The notes: generated by a model not told the origin, from the sequence alone. A DNA stretch of 64,000 bases from Chrysomallon squamiferum (GCA_012295275.1 CM022666.1:62001-126000); one strand, 5' to 3'; positions 27,699 to 41,900 are shown, counted from the first letter of the stretch. A program made the numbers and translations.

Positions 27699-28442
27699 AT
27701 ACATAGATGTCTGTTACTGAGTAGAAATTGCTGCAAAGGTCGAAACTTTAAAAAAAAAATGTTGGTGACTTTGACATACAATCTCATACCTGTTTTATTT
27801 TGAGATATTATTACGGCGTTGAAATTGAATTCTTTGTTTTAACGAAAAAGAGTTTTAAAAATTGACTTTTAACTTTTTTATATACGGACCTTTAAATTTC
27901 TGTTTTCAATTTTCTGTTGTAAAACTGGTATCAAGCATTAAAATGAATGTATCAAGATAATCATTCGAGTAACATGGGACAATTAGCTTTGTACCTGTAA
28001 ATACGACCTCTAATGCATTGAAAATGGAAGTAAATATTTAAAAAAAAAAAAAGAATTATAATGGTTTCAAGTATTGTTTTACAACTACGTAGTCAGAACT
28101 GTCCACTATGGAGTTTTAACAGAGTAATGTGTCAACATTATGGTACCTAATGAGAATAGTCATCTTAATATTCACGCGCCAGTGTCTTGAAAAGTTTATT
28201 TTATTTTATTTATTTATTTTGATTTATTTACTTATTTTATTTTATTTTTATTTTTATTTTTATTTATTTAATTTTATTTTATTTTATTTTATTTTTTTCG
28301 GCTGGCATCGCCATAATAATATCTCAAAACAAAACAGTACGAAACGGGTACGAGATGGTATGACGTCAAAGTTACCCAAACTTTAAAAAAAAAAGTTTCG
28401 ACCTTTGCAGCAGTTACTAGTCAATAATAGACATCTATGTAT
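27699..28442. mobile_element. MITE-like/foldback element: ~120-135 bp imperfect inverted repeats around a ~490-bp AT-rich core
   Basis: 27699-27818 (ATACATAGATGTCTG..GCTGCAAAGGTCGAAACTTT..TTTTGAGATATTATTACGGCG) is the reverse complement of 28309-28442 (CGCCATAATAATATCTCAAAA..AAAGTTTCGACCTTTGCAGC..AGACATCTATGTAT). No coding capacity and no clear target-site duplication. Confidence 0.65.
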
Positions 28443-30014
28443 ACGAGGCATAGATTATATAACATATTTCTCCAAATTATTTTTAATAATCCGTGTAGAA
28501 TTGATTGCAGTATGAAGAAATACATGTTTAAAAACTTGTAAACACTGATCGGCATTCGACGCTGCCATCTTGGATTTCGATCAGAAGTATCCGTGAGCGC
28601 TCAGAAACCGTCTGATCGGGTTTTTAAAATACCAGTTTGGACTATTCTCGTCTATTTTCAGAATGTTTATGATTTACACTGATAAAGATAAGGATGGTTG
28701 TTCATATTACCAAATCATGATGTCCTGCGCGTTTCCTAACTACTTTTGCACCTTAATCAAACTTTTCAAACTGGATTATTTTTATGCAAATGCGTGCATA
28801 ATAAACTAAATTTATAATTTGTTATAAGATTAACGTATTAACTTTTCTTGTTGGTAATGTTCCCCGGGTCACAATCTAAAAGAAAATAATATTCAAGTGT
28901 AGTTTGTACTCATTAAATCGGCGAAATTCTGGAGGTATTTTTTCCTGTGAAGTAATTTGTGCCGTTACGAGTTATCGTTCCTGTTGGTCCGTGCTAATCA
29001 TAGGTATAATTTTTATTTGTTAGATTCTTGGAAGGTTAAATTACGAATCTGCTTCTGATACTTCTGAAACGTGAAATACGATGAACTATATAAATAAAAT
29101 CCTACTAAAAAAGAACTAAATAAATATACATTTTCTATTTGTTGTTTACGTTCATATCGCAATAAATTATAACAGTTTTACACTGTGCATTTACTCTGTG
29201 TCTCTTATACCTGATTCCAGTTGATATATGTTTCAGATATACAGATAAGAAGAAAATGTTTTATAAATAATCTACATAATACTTCTTTAAAATGTTATTT
29301 AGCTAATTAATAGCTCATTTCTTTTTAAATGCTTTTTGTTTTATTATATTTGTGTATTAATTATTTTGTTATTGTTGTTGCCGTCGTCGTCATTTGTTGT
29401 TTGTTGATGTTTTTTTCATGTTTGTTGTTACTATTAATCAGATTGGTGGATTTTATCGGACTGATGTAAATATTATTAACGATTAATTTAATCCTTTTTA
29501 ACGTATGTAAATAACCGAAACAAAACAACAACAAGATATTACCAACTGCAAGTAGCTGTGTTTGCCTGAATGCTTTCATTTCCAACATTGCTTTTGTACT
29601 CTCTGGCTAGACAACATTGAATTGTTCACAAAATGAATTATTTCAGAAAAGAGTATTCACGTCCATTATCTATTTTATAAAACCTACTAAAGACTTGATA
29701 TGGCCAGCATTCAGCATATATAATAAAGATAGCAACGGGTTTCAAAATTATACGTTGAAAAAGGGAATGGTATACAAATTGTGTTTTGACGTCTTGACAT
29801 TCATAACAACGGACTAAACTGCGTTTCAGTCAGTGCCTTCGACAGTTCACGAAAGACCGTGGTATGTACTTCACTGGGTTTAGTAAAATGCATTCAAAAG
29901 ATTTCTTTCAGTTTACAAATGAGAGTAACCCTTTATATTTGATATCCAGTAGAAAATAGAAAAGTACTCTATAATAACGTCGTTAGACTAAAAAGTCTAG
30001 ATATATTGCATCTT

Positions 30015-30248
30015 CATGAGAAATATTATATCTTTCTGAGAAATATATCTTTGTGAGAAATATTATATCTTTGTGAGAAATATATCTTTATGAGAGATAT
30101 TATAACTTTAAGAGAAATATCTTTATGAAAAATATATCTTTGTGTGAAATATATCTTTATGAGAAATATATCTTTGTGAGAAATATTATATCTTTGTGAG
30201 AATACATCTTTGTGACAGATATTATATCTTAATGAGAAATATTATATG
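30015..30248. repeat. Degenerate 17-20 bp tandem repeat
   Basis: GAGAAATAT(TAT)ATCTTT(G/A)T units. Confidence 0.8.
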
Positions 30249-30290
30249 TTTTATTGATATAAAAAATATTTAAAAACCTTAAAATAATAA

Positions 30291-30378
<88 letters not shown>

Positions 30379-30598
30379 TAAAAACTAAAAATAAGAATGA
30401 TCATAATAATACATTATGTAATCGTGAAGACTTCGTCATTTTTAAAAACGTAAGAGAAATAAAATTATCTGAAAAAGAATAACTGCAAAATCCTTTTATC
30501 CTTGTTCAAAATAAATCTTCAGCCATACTTCAGATTTTATTATACATCCAAAAAATCATGTGACTGTTTGGAAGACGTTGTTATGACGTCATTTCTAC

Positions 30599-31382
30599 TC
30601 ATAGAACTTGTAATAATGAACCAACAGCGAACCAAAGCACAACCGCCATTTCCGATGACAGCCGAAGTCCATTCGACGAACCTGAAATTACCAACAGAAA
30701 TTACTGACTCCAAAATTACCGTTAACAAAATAAATAAAACAAATTGGTTGATGAGCATAATGATGATTGTGATGACTACAAAACAGCGTATGTATATCTG
30801 TTTTGAATAAATGATTTGGTTGTGATACTGACGGAAATGATATTTTAAAGGTTTGATGTTGATAACCGTGAAAGTAATGCGACGATGATCATAATGATGA
30901 AAAATGACTTTGCTCTCTTTTCAACTCACTTGAAAATGTAAGCACAGCATTGCTCGAGGCAGTGATGGGTGATGATAACGAGACATGCGCAATGCTGAGA
31001 GAAAGTGTCACTTTTCGATTGGCTAGGTAGCTTGGTGTGGATGTGATGTCTAGCTTGCAGATGGTGTACACGTAACTTCCGGAGCACGACTGCCCACTGT
31101 ACATGTTCTGACCGACAGTGGAAACCAAAGAAGAATCAACTGATCCTGTGTCACTTGGCTGTAAAGAAAACAGGAATCATGTAATAGCTTGAAACGTGCG
31201 ATAAACTGGTTATGAATGCTGACCAGTAAACTTTAAAATAATTAAATAGCAAGTAACCGGTCTTGATGCTGCATTATGAAGGAAAATAGAAAAAATAAAT
31301 ATATTTAACAAAATTAAAAAATAAATAAATATAGTTAAAATGAGTCACTGAGATAATGACAATAACGGTCGGTGAGGACAAA

Positions 31383-31475
<93 letters not shown>

Positions 31476-31826
31476 GGGGACAGGGCGAACGAGACAGATG
31501 ACAGGAAGACAGACACACAGAAACCTAAAAAGCGACACAGAAGCTGAGAGAGACACAGAGACAGACATAAAGGACTGACAGACGGACTCAGTCTTTTCAG
31601 GACAACCATACAAGTCAAATTTTAACGAAAAATCACCAGCAGTAACACGTAAGCAATCTAAAACTGTTTTATTACCAGTTCGGTGTTCTGGTAACTCCAT
31701 GTGCACGTTCCAACCGGAGTAGTGCAGCTGCCGACAACGGTCAAGGTCAAGGTCGTAGAGCCTGAAATTGTTTGGCTTGTCAACGACTGGAGATCGTTTT
31801 GTACTAATGTGGAACTCATAGCAGCT

Positions 31827-31882
<56 letters not shown>

Positions 31883-33512
31883 CATAATCATAATCATAAC
31901 AACAACAACAACAACAGCAGCAACAAGAAGAAGAAAAAGAAGAAGAAGAATACATAATATTTCTGTTTCTGTAAATTGCAATAAATGATCACTATCACTG
32001 AGATCTTCCTAATTCACAAAGTTGGTGAACATTTCAGCCTTTGACTAAACTTCCTTCCTAAGTCGATCAATTCGTCATAACAAAAAGTCTGCACTAACTA
32101 AATTCTTTTTAACACTGATTTATAGCGATATTTCCCTACCGACAAAGAAACTATAAACCTCCAAATCGAGTGAGATTATAAGAAATAATGGTTCCTTTTT
32201 GAAAGTGTATAAGAAGTGAAGTACATCTATTGTAAAGGCCGTACTCAACTAGGTTAATTAAAATGTTTTATTGCTATACTTTATACCTATTTACTTGGTG
32301 ACTTGGAAAAAAAAACACCCTGTTGTACTACACCAGTTAAACTGAAAACAAAAATGAAAAAAAGGAGTGATGTGTTTATTTTTTCCCCCGACATTTTACT
32401 GTAATTTATTCATACCTCTGTATGTGTTTACAGTAATTAATATCCGCAAAGAAACGTACATAATTATATGTCATTTACATTCTGAGTGTTGTCGGTGAAC
32501 TCGCTTTTACAGGACAACATTCATTAATTATATTGTTCTCTTTCATAGCATCTCAAATACACACATACATATATACATACATGCATACATACATACATAC
32601 ATACATACATACATACATACATACATACATACATACATGCATAAATACACACATATACATACAAACACACACACAGACATATGTATATGTATATACTTAA
32701 GTAAAATAAACATTTTTTTCCTTTCAATATTGAACTGAAACATACTGATTTAAATTAATATATTTACTTTTTTAATATTTTTGTTTTCAGAGACTCGCTG
32801 GACCGTGTGAAAATTATAACTGTTCTGATTATGAAGTTTGTCACGTGACGAGAATAAATACAGAATTATGTCTCACAGCTTGTAAGCATATTAATAATAA
32901 TATCAATAATAATAATAATAAATAATAATAATAATAATAATTATAAACTTCTAATAGTAATGATGTACATTAAGTTACATATAACTGTTAGCTTGGATAG
33001 TAGAAAAAAGAAAAGAAAGAAGAACAATAATAAGAAGTACGAAGAAGAAGAAAAAAGAAAATTATGAGAAGTACGAAGAAGAACAATAACTCGAAGAAGA
33101 ATATTAAGAACAGTCACAAAAAGAAATAAAAAATCAGGAGAAAATAAAGAACACAAGAAGAAGAAAGACATCTACAAGAGCAGACGATATGAAGATACGC
33201 ACGTGCAACTGTTAAACTGCATGGCGTGAAGTCGTTAAAACCGTCTTGACACGTGACGTCTCCGTTGTCGGATGCTACAGAAGGAGAAGCAATCTCAAGT
33301 ATCTGTTGTGTCGATGTTGACGTCGTCACTGAATAACCGCTAATGCTCGAGGTGCAAGAACCGGCGTTGTTGCAAGTCACAGTGGTGTCGCCGTTTGCCC
33401 GAAACCAAGAAATACCATCAGTGACAGCCCCGGCAACATCACACGTCACCGTGTACGTGGATCCCTCGTAGGCAACAGACGCACACGTAGCCGTCGTGGT
33501 TGCTCCTGTAAC

Positions 33513-33562
<50 letters not shown>

Positions 33563-34286
33563 TATATACAGAGACAAAGATATACAAATACATATACATA
33601 TGTACACAAATGTATATATGTTACTACATGTACATATTCATAAAATATATACATGCATACTAATACACCCACACATTTACATACATTCATATACTAAATT
33701 ATCCACACACAATAATATGAATTTTTTTATTTATTTATTTATTTACCATTAACTCTTTCTGCCTCTCAACATTTTCTTGGTAAATCTGCTGTAGAAAAGA
33801 CTGGAAGGTTAAACGGACAGGAACAACAAAGGAAGGGTGGTGATAAAACATTTCTAACCTGCTTTTAGGCGATTTGCATTAGGTTTGTATTGTAAGTGGT
33901 AAAATACAGAAATCATAGAAGGCTGAGAAGAAAAAGAAAAAAAGATATTAAATCTGAACTGTTTCTTTCCACTACACAATGCATTTTGTGGTGCGCGATG
34001 ATTTCTTCTGCAGTATGGTTTTTTATTCTGAAATACTATTTTCTATTTCGTTTTTTCGTTTCGGCTGTTTGGCTTCTCTTTTTACCATCTTATTTTTTTC
34101 TTTAATATTTCTTTCTTTCTTTCTTTCTTTCTTTATTATTATTACTATTTATTATTATTATTATTATTATTTTATTTTCTTTTCTTTTCTTTTTTCTTCC
34201 TTCCCCTTTGTTAATTAATTAATTTAATTATTAACTACACACTTCTGCAATCAAATAATTATTGCTGCTGCTGCTGCTACTACTAT

Positions 34287-34324
<38 letters not shown>

Positions 34325-34563
34325 TATAACAATAATAGCTAAAAACTTCTAATTTAATAAATTATTTTTACTGTAAAACACATCTTTTTCTAATCTTTTT
34401 TTTTTTTTTTTGAATTTCAACATAATAAAACGAATGTTATTAATTTTTTTATTATTTTTTTATTTTTTAAAGAAATGAAACAAAATAGTCACTTTACAAT
34501 CTAGACTGGTAACTTACCAGAACAGAGCTTCAGAAGACTGAGAAAGAGAATAACACGGACCAT
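30599..34563 (-). CDS. Small Ig-like cell-surface protein (~269 aa), probably GPI-anchored; 5 exons
   Basis: Exons 34563-34518 (MVRVILFLSLLKLCS signal), 33505-33203 (EGSTYTVTC..ISWFR..LEI..DNGDVTC, Ig pattern), 31824-31676, 31158-30930, 30681-30599 (SSNGLRLSSEMAVVLWFAVGSLLQVL*, hydrophobic tail with no cytoplasmic part). Phases 1,1,0,1 are compatible; total 810 nt. Confidence 0.8.
32791..32881 (+). pseudogene. Isolated inverted copy of coding exon 2 of the PAN/CCP/GON gene
   Basis: 84/91 nt identical to the reverse complement of 14164-14254; flanked by ttgttttcag and gtaagc. Confidence 0.8.
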
Positions 34564-35366
34564 GGCGCTTCTTCGAGGCGGAACACTGAATACTGCGCTG
34601 TTTAATATCTGTGTTAATTGTGATAATGTGTCCGGTCACCGTCTCGCTTCGGAATAGCGGAATGAAAGGTGGGGTGTAGTTTGCAGTGTGAGGTCATCTG
34701 GGTAAACGGTACATAGGAGACTTTTAATAATAATTTCGGTCAGCAGTGAGATTGGATCCCGGTAATCCAAAATTAATTATGGAGGGGTAATTGTATCCAC
34801 TTTCTCAAAATGTCTTTTAGTTACGACATAACGTAGTTATGAGTTAACATAAAATTATCTGGACAGTTATTATTGGTATTATTATTATTATTATTATTAT
34901 TATAATTATTATAATTATTATTATTATTATTATTATTATCTGTTTTGTTATTATTATTCACGATAGCAATAATAAATAAACAAATAAAATAAAATAAAAT
35001 TAAGTTGTGCTTAAGCAACATTTTTCTTGCTGATTAATAATGTGTTATGTATTATCCAGATCAACAACATTTTATATACGGATGTTACACTTTCATCAGT
35101 TTGTGTTTTGAAATTACACAATTAACAACGTTTATAACTACATATATAAACTTAAATAGAGAAAGCTGGTAAGATTTATGAAACGACAACATTAAAAAAA
35201 AAAAATAATAAATCCCTTTAAAAACAATTCTTTAAACTTAATTTCAATTCCATATAAGAGCCAATCCTTACAGTAACCCTCCCTAAACTCTTTGTAGGTT
35301 TTCCCTAATGGTGTCTTAATAAGATTTAATACGGACTTAGTAAACTATCTGTTTTGTTGGAAAACC

Positions 35367-35406
<40 letters not shown>

Positions 35407-35823
35407 ACCATTGAACGTTTTCAAAGACCCGTGATTAATGTGAAATTAATATTGTCAGTAAATACTTTTGATCACTTTGTTATTCTGTTCGGTTTGATAC
35501 CGAAGTGAAATCGGCAAATGGATCCTAACCTTTTAAGCCTTGTGAATGTATAGAAACATACACAGAAGTTTGCGCAGACGTATCAGATAATTAAGCAAGA
35601 CGACAAAGAATGTTTGTAATGCTTTGCCTCTGCAGTATCTCTATTAAACGTCTGTCAGGTATTTTTCAATTAAGGGTCACAGATATTAAATGTGAAATGA
35701 AATTTACAAGTGTTTGTAGATAAATTACAACGCTTTGCTGCTATTTCGATTACTAGTGTCAAGGGGGTGGAAATATTTATATGAATATATGATAGTTCTC
35801 TTTAAAACCATTGAAAATAATAA

Positions 35824-35858
<35 letters not shown>

Positions 35859-36719
35859 ACAAACAAACAAACAAACAAATAAATAAATAAATATTATTTA
35901 AAAAAATAATAATAAATAAAAAGTATTCTATATGCCGGCCCATTGAATACATTTTGTTTATAACTGTGGATATCACAAATAAAGAGGGAAAGGCGCTACC
36001 GCCATGTTACGGGTTTCTCTTTTTCAATTAGCAACAAAGGATATTCTGTATTCACCTTCTCATAGACAGAACAGCACTCACCCTCGAGATACATAGCTAT
36101 TAGGCTGCCGTTAGCACGATGACGTCACCACTCCGGATGAGAAGGGGTGAAATGGCGGTGTTCACGTGTTTTGTAAGTGTTTTAATTTATTGTCATTGGT
36201 TATCAGCGGTAACAGGTCGCCTATCACAGTCAAATACTAACTTGGAAATATAAATAATTCTATATGAATATTTATTCATACTAGCTGAGGTGCACTTTTA
36301 TACTCACCGCTCAAATCAAGTTTGTGAAGCTGAACAGTCTGCGATTCCAACCACTGTCGTCAAAAATATTTATTTATTTAATTACAGACTTACTTACTTA
36401 CTTACTTACGTATTTATTTATTTATTTACTTAAGTTAACTGAGTCAACACTTTTGTTATTTTCACCAAGACTCCTTACCTATGCATAATTCAAAGTTAAA
36501 AGAAAAACGAAAACAAAAACAAAGAAAAGTGGGAAAAAGATTATTTCAAAAGACATCCAGGCCTCTTTTAATATATTATCTTTCACTATTCTTCTTTTAG
36601 CAATCTCTGTATTTCTATTCATACATACACACATACACACGTACATACATCTACATATTGTTGACCATTGATTTAGCGGATCTCAGTTTTTAATGTATAT
36701 ATATATTGTTTTTTGTTTA

Positions 36720-36766
<47 letters not shown>

Positions 36767-37955
36767 TTGCTGGTTTTATGTGTATGTGAAAGTTAGAACG
36801 AGGGTGAGAGATGCAGATGCAGACAGAGACAGAAAGAGAGTTTTGTGTCTGTGTGTGTATGTGAGTGTGTGTGTGTCTGTGTGTGTATTAGTAAGAATGA
36901 GATGCAAATACAAATAATGAGAAACAGAGTTGTGTGCATGTACGTGTGCGTTTTGTGTGTGTGCGTGTGACTGAGTAAGAATGAGAAACTAATATAAATA
37001 ACGAGAGAGAAATAATCAACGTGATTTACGCACAAAATTAGCCAACCTTTTAGTTTATTATAAACACTTTCTTAGGACTCAGTTTAATAACAGAACACAA
37101 CTTTATTTACGCTCTTGGCTTTCAGTAGTCGCGCCGGTGTTAAAAAGTATATATGTGTTTTCAAATAATCGCCGGAGTTCACGAGGAATAATGTCAAATA
37201 AAAGTGCAAATAAACAGTCTTTGTGAATGCTTTTGTAATCAAAACTGGGTTTTAATCAATGTTCAATGAACCAACAGTTGTTGACAAAGAAATAAATGCT
37301 TTTGATAATAATTAGTGTTGTAGATAGGTGCGGCTTTATAAAATAGAATAAAGAAAAGAAAACATTATTAAAATATTAAGAAAATAATAAGAACAACAAA
37401 CATCAGTAATAATAATAATATAAACAACAACAACATCAACAACGACAATAATAATAATAATAGAAAGAGAAAGAAAGAAAGAGACATAGAGAAAAATTTC
37501 AGTATTTTTAATGAAAAATATTTAATTTAGAGAAACACTAAATAATTTATTTTATAGTAAGATAAATAATATATAACTTGCTATAAATATATACTAAAAG
37601 TACGATTATAACGCAGATGCTTTAACTCCAAGTTTTTGTTTCACCATAAAAAATAATAATATAAAAAAAAAAACCTGATGAAATAGACCTATCTATTATT
37701 TATACCAAATCAGTGCATGTACTATCACTTTAATGAAAGACATTGATTAGTTTTGTTCCTTGTCAAACAAACGTTATTAACGTGAGTAAATATCTAATTA
37801 CTGATTTCAGCAAATATGTTGTGCAATATTATATTTTAAGTTTCAAGCACACAAACTCTGACACACACATGCATGTACGCACGCATCCACGCACGCACAC
37901 AGCCATAAATTACTTAGTTATGGCACTTTCTATAAAGGAAGTCGTGTGGTGATAG

Positions 37956-38111
37956 AGTTATCTCCCTTGTTACATGGCAACTTTGATTGTGGCAAAATGG
38001 CGCTTAATTATTTATCAACAACTACAATACGCGTGTGAAAAACAAATTAGTACATTAACACTTGTAGCGTTTTGTCCTGCACTCATGTAAGAAACTGATA
38101 TAAACAAACCG
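37956..38111 (+). promoter_or_regulatory. Candidate ANKMY1 promoter and non-coding first exon
   Basis: AGTTATCTCCCTT (37956-37968), X-box-like GTTACATGGCAAC (37969-37981), YY1-like CAAAATGGCG (37993-38002), donor ccg|gtaagt at 38111/38112. The ATG exon has an acceptor 2 nt before the ATG. Confidence 0.6.
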
Positions 38112-38944
38112 GTAAGTCAGAATCTGTAAATGTACTCTTCACGTTTGATTTAGTTAAAGTGTTATTTATTTAGTTATTTACGCACTGCGATTCATGACAA
38201 GAAAATCCGTGAAATCGGTTAGTACTAATTTCATTAGCGAAGATCGACATTTCACATTTAGCTATCTTCATTTTATATATATATATATAAAAGTTCCACT
38301 TTTTAAAATTATAACTGTATTTATTTATTAATCCACAAGAAGATAGTATTTATTTATTTATTTATTTTACACTGTTATTATTACTATTATTATTATTATT
38401 ATTATTATTATAAAATGATTTTAAAATAAAAATAAACAACCTTTGCATCTTTTACCAACTTTCTCTCTTTCTTTCACACACACAGATATATACAGACACA
38501 TGACCACACACTTAATTTTATTATAATTATTAATAATTTATAACAGTCCTACTCCTACTAAAATGACCAATGCCACTATGAATACTGTAGCTAATTAAAT
38601 GTGTAAGTTATTATTTTGAATACATATACAGTGTATATGATTAAATTCATTTGGAACATTTTTATTTTCATTACATCATCATCATCATCATAATCATTAT
38701 TGTTGTTTCTATTTTGTTATTTCTTACTCATTTTAGTTTTTTTTTAATTTTAATTATCATTATTAGTATTATCATTAATATATATATATTTTTTGTTATT
38801 TATTTATTTGATCTATTAATAATTATTGTTGTTGTGGTTATCATTATTACTGTTATTGTTATTATCATTATTATTATTATTATTCTCATCATCAGTGGCA
38901 GCAGCAGAAGCAACATTATTATTTCTATTATTACCACAACAGCT

Positions 38945-41900
38945 ATGGAATCCAATTTGTCTATGCCTCGGCTTAACACTGCCTCTACATTTGAGGATAC
39001 TCAGACATACAGTGAAGTGGAGGAAAACGCAGAAACAAAACAAAATGGTGAAGGAACAGAAAAAGGTAGAACTGAGAAGAGTGGTAAGACTGGTGAAAGC
39101 CTTGAAACAACGGAGAGCAGAACTTCAGGAGGGAAATCAGTGAGCGAAGGTGTGTCTGAAATCCAGGTTAATTACAAAACAGGTGCTACATTCATTGGCT
39201 TGGTACAGAACAACAAGAAAGTGGGGAAAGGTATTTTCACCTGGCCAGATGGAAGCAAATATGACGGGACATTTGTAGAAAATAGAAGACATGGCAAAGG
39301 TTTGGTTTCACAATAGTCATTTTCATTTCTGAAAAAATCAAAAAGAATCTAGTTAAACTGATACCATATTATAAATGACATTTAAAATCATATATACGAA
39401 GAGTGAAATATAATACTTTGTAATCAAAATGTTAAATGTAAAATGTCAAGTTTTACAGAAAATCATGTTTTACATGTGGATGTCAAGACATATAAAAATT
39501 GCAAATGTTGAAGTGTAACCAGTGTTAAATGTGTAGTGTGGGACAGCACAAGTAGACAATAATAGACAGAGTGTGACACTTACAGTTCAAATAATAAATA
39601 CAAAATGTCATCCCTTAAGTTAAATGTAAAAGATGGGAATCACACATGCTGATTAAAGATGAAAATGGAATATCCTGTATATAATTAGTCATGCATGCAC
39701 GCACACACACTCACATACATACTTATACACAGATATGTACATACATTCATACACATACACATTAACACACACACACACACATTTTAAGTAACTGATATAC
39801 TAATATGTATAATTCTAATTATTATGTTGTTACAGGAGAACAAATATGGCCAGATGGAAGTGTTTATAATGGAGATTTTGTAGATGACCTCCGACATGGA
39901 ACAGGTTATATTTTGTGGGCAAATGGCGAGGTAACAACAACAACAACAACAACAACAATAATCATAATCATAATAATAAAAAAAATAACTACCTTTTAAT
40001 GATTATTATTTATTATTTTTTACTCTAAATAATAACTTTTATTTCTAAAACATTTTTAGTATTTTACCTCATTTAGTTCATAATCATTTTTATTTAATCA
40101 TTAAAGCTTTTTTTTTAATTCTCAAACACTTTAATTTTATTATTGATGCCTGTTTTGTTTCTTTTATATTTTAGTATTATTATTATTTTTCTTTTTTTAA
40201 TTATTTTTTAAACTTATTTTTTATAGATAATCCTCATTTCCTAAAACTTATAATTAAACTTTTGAAGCTTCCTTTGAATGTTAAAATATTAAAAATATTT
40301 CAGTCGTATGAAGGTTCATTTTCAAGGATCGCAGACACGGACCGGGCAGGTACACATGGCCGGATGGGTCCACGTACGATGGGCGTTTCTTCATGGACAG
40401 GAAGGAAGGTTACGGTGTTTTTAAGTTTGCAAATGGAGACAAATTTGAGGTCAGTTTTTGTTAATCCTGTTGCTGAATAAGTCATAAAATTGTTTTTGTT
40501 GTTTCATTATATCCCATTCATTTGACAGATTCTACTGTTTTAAATATCTTTTTAAAATGTTATTATTTTAGTATTTCTTCACTATATTATATATATCTTT
40601 ATATTTATTAAATAATAATAATTATTATTATTATTAATTACTATAGTATTTTATTTGTAATATTTTCATTAATAATTCTGTTTATTATATTATTAATATA
40701 TTTTTATATATATTTTTTCTAATATTTAAATATTCTTTATAGTTAATCTAATATGTGCAGCTTAATTTTACAGTGACATCTAACACTGTGGGTGCAAGAC
40801 AGACTGATAAAGTTTTACTTCCAATGTTTCAGGGTCTGTACATTGAAAATGAACGGGAGGGTCCAGGTGTGATGACCTACTCCAACGACACACAAGATGT
40901 TGGACTGTGGTATGGGGAGAAACTGATAAAAATCTGCACTTTAATAGAACACACCTTCACACTGTCTCAGCACAAAGAGTTTCAGTTTAACCCGCGAGAA
41001 CACACTGTATACATTGAGTTTGAAGAAGAGAGAAAGAAAGAAGAGAAACCTGAAAGTGATGACCTTGAAAGCATTGATAACCTTGACATCAGGTCAAAGG
41101 CTGAACGGTATTGTGAAGATCTTGATCCCCAGAGTCTTGCAGTCAACAGAGAAATTTTTGAGGAAGCCTTTTTTGGAAATTCGGAAGAAAAAGACTTGGA
41201 CACAAAGGAAGAAGGGAGAATTGCAGCTTGGAACAAAACTCCACTGTTGATTCAGATACAGAAATCTGTGTACAAACACCGAGCAAGAACCTCTGAAGTT
41301 TCCTTCGATGTTGATTCTGTTATCCGGGGTGACCGCAGCTCATTCAGTGAGAAAGGACCCCTAGAGTCAGCTTCAGAGTCATATCTGATGTTAGCCATGA
41401 CGGGAGATGCAACGAAAGTGCACTGTTTGCTCACCTGCGGCAACGTGCACCCCGATGTAGCCGACCAAAGTGGACACACTGCACTCATAGGCGCCACAGT
41501 AAGCAGATGTTTTACTTATATGTCAACATTGTCACATTGTCAGTTACTCATAGGTGTTGCAGTAACTATCTTTAGTTATGTACAGGTGAGACATAAATAC
41601 TATTAAACACAAAGGTGTTGCAGTAACACATGTTAAAATATGGATGCAGTAAATACTTTTAGTTACTCAGAAAGGTATGTGTTAAATATTGTTAAAAATA
41701 GGTGTCAGTATGTTATTAAAAGATGATGCAGAAAATATAATTACACATTGGTGTTGTCTTGTTTATGACTCATAGGTTTGCAGTAAGCCTTGTTTGTGAC
41801 TCATAGGTGTTGCAGTAATCCATGTTTGTGACTCATAGGTGTTGCAGTAAGCCTTGTTTGTGACTCATAGGTTTGCAGTAAGCCTTGTTTGTGACTCATA

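Noticed and set aside
31590-31680. Apparent frameshift extending exon 3 of the Ig-like gene (TGNKTVLDCLRV..)
   Set aside because: A phase-0 donor ctg|gtaata at 31676 joins the next exon in frame, so no frameshift is needed.
40982-41497. Alternative-frame and antisense ORFs in the large ANKMY1 exon
   Set aside because: Shadows of the true reading frame.
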